Positions 57,746-64,000 of a stretch of DNA of 64,000 nucleotides are shown piece by piece. Made by a program: the position numbers and the translations under genes. The notes under the pieces are model-generated. The model worked only from the letters and a program-made list of their open reading frames with translations. It did not search any database and was not told the DNA's origin. The stretch is from Obrimoposthia wandeli (Eukaryota): positions 1-64,000 of the forward strand of contig CDROCS010000546.1 in NCBI GenBank assembly GCA_977020255.1, read 5' to 3'. The first letter of the stretch is position 1, and each line of letters begins with the position of its first letter.

Positions 57746-59719
57746 TTATTGCGGCCTTTTCGGCCAACTAATGCAAAAAGTACTGCCCTGCTCTAAATCA
57801 GATTTCACACTGATCGACCCGTTGTGACGTTCAACTATTCGCTGACAACTGGCCAAGCCAATACCAGTTCCCGGGTATTCACTGTTACCGTGCAGCCGTT
57901 CGAAAATACTGAAAATCTTCGTTTGGTACTGTTCGGCAATACCTATGCCATTATCACTAACGTGGATATACCATTGGCTATCATCCGCGGTGGCACTGAC
58001 CTTTATTAAAGGTTGATCACTATGATTAAATTTCAAACCATTGCTCACTAGATTCAACATTAACTGAAAGAGCTGCGATGGCACTCCTGGCAGGGTAGGT
58101 AAATGTAGATCCCAAACAAGCTCCCCTCTACTACCTTCTATCTGTAATTGTAATGTATCTCTAACCTGTTGGCAGATGTCACTTAGCGCGACTTGCTCGT
58201 AATGGGTAATCGGTTGGTCGTGGCGGCAAAACTCAAGAATATCGTCAATCATATCCTTTGCTCTATCGGCGCCGTCAACCATATAACTTAAATACTCTGA
58301 GCTTTTTTGATCCAATTTATCCGCCAGCGTTTCTGCTAGTAGTGGACCAAAGCTCTGCACCATACGCACCGGTTCTTGTAAATCGTGTGAACAAATATAA
58401 GCAAAGCGCTCCAATTGCTGATTACTCTGCATCAGCTTTGTGTTGCTGTGATTGAGTTTTTGATTGCCTTGATTCAGCTTATAGTTTTGTACTTGCAGTT
58501 GTTCCATCAACTCCAGGCGTTCAGTATCATCAACCACACACACCAAGGTGAACTGCTGAGCGTTTTCTATCAGTGTAATCAACGCTAAACTCATAGAAAC
58601 TTCACGCCCACCGCTCGTTCGTGCTTTGACGTTATTCATGTATTTAGGCGTGTTGTAGTGCTTAGCTTGCTTTAATTCGCTCCAGTGGACTGATAATTCA
58701 TCAGTATCAAATACTTGCACGCTTTCGTTGAGCAGCTGTACTTTACTAAATGAGAATAATTGGCAAATAAACTGGTTCACATCGACGATATTACCTTGGC
58801 TATCTAACAGCAACATGCCCACAGGCGATGAATCGAAGAGTAACTTAAAACGTTTTTCAGACTCCAGAAGTGATTGATTTGAACTCTCTAAATGTTGCAT
58901 CAACGCATTGCGCTTTTGCATATCTTTACGTAAGCGCAAGCCACTTAAACCCGCTAGCGTGATCAACAGGATCACCGCTATGCTCAAAATATATAAATTG
59001 ACGTCACCAAATTGGCTTTTAAGGCGGGTAACCACTAGTACCAGATTATTTTTTATATTTAGTGGTTTACGCAATACATCATCTGAGGCGTCAACTTCAC
59101 TACGACTGACTTCTGCGAGGAAGCTATTTTGGGTATCGCTAAAACTTATCTGATATTTTGCACGTACAGAACCCACCAGCACAGATTCCAACAACGCTTG
59201 ACACGAATAGACTGCAGCAAAAAGACCTCGGAAATGATCCTCTTTGTAAACAGGGTACCAAACTTCAAAAGAACACCCCCCTTGCAGCGCTTCAAACGCT
59301 TGGGTGTATTGAGCTTGCCTCGTTTGTTTAGCGAGAGCCGAAACTCTGGCAGGCTCCTCTAAATCAAGATGCAAACCCACTATTTGTTGATTCCCCTGCA
59401 AAGGAGAAACGCCCCGTATATACAGGTCTTGGTCGACCCAAGTTAAATTGATTAATTCTGGGTGCGCTTGTAAAAAATCCTGGCTGCGCTCTTCAAAGCT
59501 CGAAGGCACTATCTCACCTCTCACCCGCATATCTGCCAGTAATTTCAGGTAATCTAGATCGCCATAGAGGCGCTTTTCAATCGTTGCTACCAACTCATTG
59601 GCCACGCTAGATTGCGCAGCACGCTGCTTGTTTCCTATTAAGACGTCTGCATAATAAGCAATAAATAGCAGTAAAAATACAATCGCAAGCAAGTACCACT
59701 TTAAGTAAATTTTATTCAT
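57746..59719 (-). CDS. CHASE-like/PAS sensor histidine kinase
   Basis: Two TM helices around a periplasmic SPLQGNQQIVGLHL...QGG...PVY domain, then PAS. FAYICSHDLQEP, NGLKF, DNGIG and GTGIGL motifs. Confidence 0.9.
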   Translation of the reverse strand: MNKIYLKWYLLAIVFLLLFIAYYADVLIGNKQRAAQSSVANELVATIEKRLYGDLDYLKLLADMRVRGEIVPSSFEERSQDFLQAHPELINLTWVDQDLYIRGVSPLQGNQQIVGLHLDLEEPARVSALAKQTRQAQYTQAFEALQGGCSFEVWYPVYKEDHFRGLFAAVYSCQALLESVLVGSVRAKYQISFSDTQNSFLAEVSRSEVDASDDVLRKPLNIKNNLVLVVTRLKSQFGDVNLYILSIAVILLITLAGLSGLRLRKDMQKRNALMQHLESSNQSLLESEKRFKLLFDSSPVGMLLLDSQGNIVDVNQFICQLFSFSKVQLLNESVQVFDTDELSVHWSELKQAKHYNTPKYMNNVKARTSGGREVSMSLALITLIENAQQFTLVCVVDDTERLELMEQLQVQNYKLNQGNQKLNHSNTKLMQSNQQLERFAYICSHDLQEPVRMVQSFGPLLAETLADKLDQKSSEYLSYMVDGADRAKDMIDDILEFCRHDQPITHYEQVALSDICQQVRDTLQLQIEGSRGELVWDLHLPTLPGVPSQLFQLMLNLVSNGLKFNHSDQPLIKVSATADDSQWYIHVSDNGIGIAEQYQTKIFSIFERLHGNSEYPGTGIGLASCQRIVERHNGSISVKSDLEQGSTFCISWPKRPQ

Positions 59720-60055
59720 ATTATTCTCTTACTTAACATATTCTAACTATGCCGACTCTATCATCATTACTTATAAACAGTAATATCTTATTGATTTAAA
59801 TCAATTACATTACATTTGAATTTATATTGAGTTCAGCAAGCAAGGTCATTCGTGTTTTATTAAGCTATACAACAGATTGGTGATTAAAGCCCATATCTGG
59901 GCCTATACTGAACCTTAAACAGCAGGAGAGACTCAACCGACTTTTAAGAATGCTGTACATTGATATGCTGAGACTGAAACTAATGGTGGTGTTTAACCCA
60001 ATAACTGTAAACATAGCTATACTGACTTCAGTTTGACCTTATTTGGAGGAGATAA

Positions 60056-60613
60056 ATGCTTGCCCTGTTAGTGATAGATCAGCAAAAGGGAATTGACTCT
60101 GCTTTGCTAGGCCCACGTAATAACCCATTGGCACAACAACAGATTCTTATGCTACTCGCGAAGTGGCGCGAGCGAAAATGGCCTATATTCCATATCCGAC
60201 ATCGTTCAACAGACCCCGCGTCGGTGTTTTGGCCACTGCAACAAGGCTTTCAATTCAAAGAAGAATTCACCCCCCAACTTACAGAGCAACTCATTGAAAA
60301 ATCCGTGCCTTGTGCATTTATTCATAACACTTTGGATGATCAACTCAAACAGCTCAGTGTCGAGGGAGTTGTCATCAGTGGGGCCGCGACCAATAATTCA
60401 GTTGAGTCTACTGCCAGAACCGCAGGAAACCTGCAATATCAAACTTACGTTGTGGAGGATGCCTGCTTTACTTTCGACAAAGCCGATTACTTCGGTACAG
60501 TACACACTGCGGCACAAGTGCATGCGATGTCGTTGGGAAACCTGCACGAAGAGTATGCAACAGTCATAAATTATGAAGAGTTAATGCGAATATTCGCAAT
60601 TTCAACAGACTAA
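60056..60613 (+). CDS. Cysteine hydrolase / isochorismatase family protein
   Basis: LLVIDQQKG, HIRH, TNNSVESTAR and VEDAC motifs. The usual catalytic Cys position (C-V-E-S-T) reads Ser. Confidence 0.85.
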   Translation: MLALLVIDQQKGIDSALLGPRNNPLAQQQILMLLAKWRERKWPIFHIRHRSTDPASVFWPLQQGFQFKEEFTPQLTEQLIEKSVPCAFIHNTLDDQLKQLSVEGVVISGAATNNSVESTARTAGNLQYQTYVVEDACFTFDKADYFGTVHTAAQVHAMSLGNLHEEYATVINYEELMRIFAISTD

Positions 60614-60626
60614 AAAGGAAAATAAA

Positions 60627-60941
60627 ATGATTAGAGTCAGTGTGATGTACCCGAACAATAGCGATGCTACGTTTGATTTCGACTACTACGCCAACCAGCA
60701 TATGACAATGGTTACGGCACTATTAGGTGACACTATAAAAAGTGTCACTATTGATCAAGGCTTCGCTGGAGCAATGCCAGGACAGCCTGCACCTTTTATC
60801 GCAATAGGTCACTTAACGTTTGAATCACTAGAAATTTTTCAACAAGCCTTTGCTCCCCATGCCCAAGAAATACTCGCCGACATTCCCAATTTTGCCAACA
60901 GCCAACCGCAAATACAGATTAGCCAAATATTACCCGGTTAA
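60627..60941 (+). CDS. EthD-family protein
   Basis: MIRVSVMYP..FD.DYY..HM and ADIPNF motifs. Confidence 0.85.
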   Translation: MIRVSVMYPNNSDATFDFDYYANQHMTMVTALLGDTIKSVTIDQGFAGAMPGQPAPFIAIGHLTFESLEIFQQAFAPHAQEILADIPNFANSQPQIQISQILPG

Positions 60942-60950
60942 CTAAAAAAA

Positions 60951-60978
60951 TGGTTACTGGCTTAATCGCCAGTAACCA
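60951..60978 (+). terminator. Terminator after the EthD gene
   Basis: tggttactggc-ttaatc-gccagtaacca, preceded by an A-run. Confidence 0.65.
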
Positions 60979-61175
60979 ACAGGCAGCCAAACTGCAATTC
61001 AGCTTCCTGTACTAATAGCCGCTGATTGAGGGTTACTTAGGAGCCTTTACTCATTACTCTTTGTCCTTAAATAGCCTTCTATAACTATAGGCAAGACCAT
61101 GCCCTTCGTCTAAAGGTCCGCCTCTATTCCTATTTTTCTCGCCACGATTTATCAAGCTCGGCAAGTCACCAATAC

Positions 61176-61247
61176 ATTTCCATAATTATAGAAATATATT
61201 GACAGCTAAGCTGATGTGTTAGATTATAATTCGATAATTATGGAAAT
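61176..61247 (+). promoter_or_regulatory. Promoter with two related dyads upstream of the permease
   Basis: ATTTCCATAATTATAGAAAT (61176-61195) and AATTCGATAATTATGGAAAT (61228-61247) flank TTGACA (61199) and TATAAT (61225). Confidence 0.55.
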
Positions 61248-61320
61248 ATATTTATCAGTTATTGAGAAATAATGACCCTTTATTTCCATATAACCGGAAT
61301 AATAGTTTTGAGGTTTTATC

Positions 61321-62283
61321 ATGCTAGAGTTTTTGAACGCTTTTATTAACAATCCAGAATACCAGCATATGCTGCAAGCCAGTGCTGAAATGTTTGTGCA
61401 GTTATTGCTAGAGCTGACGCTGCTGTTTCTGGCCATTAGCTATCTAGTCTCACTCATCAATCAAAAATTACCTGCCGCACGTATTCAAAAGCTACTTGGG
61501 GCAAAAAAAGGGCGCGGCTATCTCACCGCTGCAGGTCTAGGAGCGGTGACTCCATTTTGCAGTTGCTCGACTATTCCCATGTTAATTGGCTTATTAAAAG
61601 CACGTGCAGGATTTGGCCCAACAATGACGTTCCTTTTCACTTCACCGCTACTCAACCCGATTGTAATTGCCTTGTTCATTCCAATAATCGGTTTGAAAGT
61701 TACCTTATGGTATGCAGCCTTAGCGCTAAGTTTTTCCATCGCCGCGGGTTTATTATTGCAACGTTTCCATTTTGAGCGCTTTATCAAACAAGAGATGTTA
61801 ATCAGCTCTCCTGCAAAATGTAGTCAGGTAGGATCCACCACTAGCGGACATGAGATGGTCATTGTTCAACCGAGTATTTGGCGCAAAGCTTGGCAAGAGA
61901 GCTTCTCGCTATTTCGGACTATGTTTCCCTACATGTTGATTGCCATGCTCATCGGTTCTGTAGTGCACGGTTTTGTCCCCGCCGAATTCTTTGCCGAAAT
62001 AGCCAGTGATGATAACCCAGCGGCTATTCCCACTGCAGCAATAGTCGGTATTCCTCTCTATATTAGAGTGACCGCTCTACTGCCACTAGTTGGCTCTTTT
62101 CTCGCTAAAGGTGTCAGTATGGGAGCAATTATCGCGCTGATAATTGGCAGTGGCGGCGCCAGTTTACCAGAGGTGATTTTGCTAAAAAGACTGTTTCGCT
62201 GGCCGCTGATGGTGGCGTTCCTAAGCGTTATTTTTTCCATGGCAGTGACTGCTGGCTTCACCATAAATTATATAGTCAGCTAG
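61321..62283 (+). CDS. Predicted permease (DUF318/ArsP-like)
   Basis: GAVTPFCSCSTIP, TSPLLNP, GIPLY and ASLPE motifs. Confidence 0.85.
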   Translation: MLEFLNAFINNPEYQHMLQASAEMFVQLLLELTLLFLAISYLVSLINQKLPAARIQKLLGAKKGRGYLTAAGLGAVTPFCSCSTIPMLIGLLKARAGFGPTMTFLFTSPLLNPIVIALFIPIIGLKVTLWYAALALSFSIAAGLLLQRFHFERFIKQEMLISSPAKCSQVGSTTSGHEMVIVQPSIWRKAWQESFSLFRTMFPYMLIAMLIGSVVHGFVPAEFFAEIASDDNPAAIPTAAIVGIPLYIRVTALLPLVGSFLAKGVSMGAIIALIIGSGGASLPEVILLKRLFRWPLMVAFLSVIFSMAVTAGFTINYIVS

Positions 62284-62546
62284 TTTTGTGTGGATGAAAA
62301 CATTTGTCTAGCGCATCGCTTTTAAAACGATGCCTTTATATTATAAATGGCTAGTATTCACTTTAATGGGTATGGGTCAAATAACGGTCTCAAATAATCC
62401 AATTAACACTTCGATTGTCACAATACCCCTCAAACGAGGGTATTAAAAACGGCATCTATCCACTTTAATAGCCCGCTTAAACTATTAGCAATTGAGCAAT
62501 CCCGACTACTACCCGCTGCTAATTTCACTAAAGGTCTATTAAATAA

Positions 62547-64000
62547 ATGCGATACCTCCCTATGCTGGCTCTGTTCGTTGCCGCTATTAGCTTAGCCTTT
62601 TTAGGTTATCCACTGATGTCGACATCTTCGGGTGCCTCTAAAGAGCAAGTGGCATCTGACATTACAATTTCTTCCACCGTTAAATCCGCATGGCTACGCG
62701 AGCGCTTACCTGACGATGCTCTGTTTTATGCTCGTATCCCCCCGCTCTGGTCTAGTCTTTCTTACTCTCAAGATAGCTTTAAATATGCATTGGGTAATTC
62801 ACAGCACACCGAACTGATTGAACAATTGCAAAAGGCGAGTAAAGACTGGCTACAACAGGCAGATCCTGAATTAATTCCACTACTCAATTTGCTTGCGGGG
62901 CAACTTGATGGGCCTTTAGAGGTAGCAGTACTGCCAAGTGCTCCAATGCCTCAGATACTCCTCTCTGCTAGTTTGAATTTACAACAGCCTCAACTGCTAA
63001 CAGCTATCATTGATAGCCTTAGCGAAGCTGGCATCGTCAAAAACGAGGTACGTGCCTTAAGTAATGGCCAAGGAGTATTGTTCACTGAGTTGGGAAGTAC
63101 ACCCTATCGCTGGGATAATGAGAGTAAACGTCTTGATATTTTATTACGTTTAGGAGGTGCTGATTTAGAAGCACTAGACACCGTATTCAACAATTTAACC
63201 TTAAATCCTGGTAGTCCAATGCTCGACAATGAACAGCAAATGGATGCTAGTACTAAAGGGTTATACTTTTGGTTTAACAACCAGCTCGCTTACGCTTTTT
63301 ACCAACCATTACTCGCCGCTGGTAATAGCTGGCTGAACGATTTTGCTATTGCAGAAATACGTACCTTGGCGCTTAGTTGGGGAGTTCGAAATAAGAAAGG
63401 TCGATTAAAAATTCAAGTTGATGCGCCGCACAGTAATTCACTGCGCCAGATATTGCCTGTTGCGGGTAACCATCTCGATTTAGCGACTGCTGGCACCCCT
63501 GTTTTTAGCCTGCTACTTAATATCCCTACATTGAAACAATTACAGCAAAGCAATGATCAGTTACAACGTTTAGGGTTGGAAAACGATATCCTCACTGCTT
63601 TACGAAGTCAGCTCTTTGCAACCGCGAATATAGAGTTACCGGCATTATTAGCGGCCATTGGTCCTGAGGCACTACTGATATCCGACGACGCAGGAGAATA
63701 CTTAGCCGTTAAAATTCGTGATCGAAATGTACTACGCACACTAGAAGCTTCGTTAGATGATACAAACAAAATCGCGGCGAAAACCTCTGGCATTAATCAT
63801 CTCAAGCTTGCTAACCCTTTAACTATGAATAGTAAAAAAGGTATAGGTCTGCCTTTTTACCTCGACGGCTTGCTACGTAATGTAGGGAGTCATTTTTATT
63901 GGCAGGTAGATAAAGATTATTTAATTATCGCCAGCCTAGCGCAAATTCTCAAAGATCGGCAGCAGCTATTGTCACAGCAAAATATTTCACAGTGGTTTAT
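62547..64000 (+). CDS. Hypothetical exported or membrane-anchored protein, 3'-truncated by the window edge (missing from the ORF track)
   Basis: MRYLPMLALFVAAISLAFLG... I read the frame as open to the end of the window. N-terminal hydrophobic segment. Confidence 0.75.
   Translation, partial: MRYLPMLALFVAAISLAFLGYPLMSTSSGASKEQVASDITISSTVKSAWLRERLPDDALFYARIPPLWSSLSYSQDSFKYALGNSQHTELIEQLQKASKDWLQQADPELIPLLNLLAGQLDGPLEVAVLPSAPMPQILLSASLNLQQPQLLTAIIDSLSEAGIVKNEVRALSNGQGVLFTELGSTPYRWDNESKRLDILLRLGGADLEALDTVFNNLTLNPGSPMLDNEQQMDASTKGLYFWFNNQLAYAFYQPLLAAGNSWLNDFAIAEIRTLALSWGVRNKKGRLKIQVDAPHSNSLRQILPVAGNHLDLATAGTPVFSLLLNIPTLKQLQQSNDQLQRLGLENDILTALRSQLFATANIELPALLAAIGPEALLISDDAGEYLAVKIRDRNVLRTLEASLDDTNKIAAKTSGINHLKLANPLTMNSKKGIGLPFYLDGLLRNVGSHFYWQVDKDYLIIASLAQILKDRQQLLSQQNISQWF

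Noticed and set aside
59918-59960. GGAGAGAC...CCGA resembling a glycine riboswitch start
   Set aside because: No CTCTCAGG motif or second aptamer follows.
436-63793. Many short ORFs in the track overlapping identified genes (e.g. 436-777, 7060-7452, 17566-17967, 23548-23919, 40863-41315)
   Set aside because: They are antisense or alternate-frame shadows of well-supported genes, with no motifs of their own.

Overview
Bacterial chromosomal window, probably a marine Gammaproteobacterium (inference from gene families and moderate GC). It is gene-dense and mostly catabolic; I saw no rRNA, tRNA, CRISPR array, transposase or integrase. Left to right: the end of a TrpG/PabA-type glutamine amidotransferase; an Ldh_2-family dehydrogenase; a RutR-like TetR regulator; two RutR-type boxes in front of a coenzyme F420 operon (cofG-cofH-cofD-cofC-cofE-npdG) that continues into an F420-type luciferase-like oxidoreductase and a beta-ureidopropionase-like Zn hydrolase; an orphan block (27-aa Pro/Glu repeat protein, ferritin-like diiron protein, two paralogous membrane-anchored proteins); an inositol catabolism/ABC cluster; a MocR-LysE pair; a carnitine cluster; a two-partner secretion locus; a putrescine uptake/gamma-glutamylation cluster; a CHASE kinase/Rcp1-like/sensorless kinase/REC-GGDEF-EAL operon; and a few small genes. 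The best candidate for an undescribed system is a uracil-responsive, F420-dependent pyrimidine catabolic module at about 1.6-11.1 kb. Several short scrambled stretches, one holding 14 nt of the Tn5/Nextera mosaic end, suggest local assembly errors, so frameshifts here need checking against reads. All family assignments come from motif recognition by eye, not database searches.
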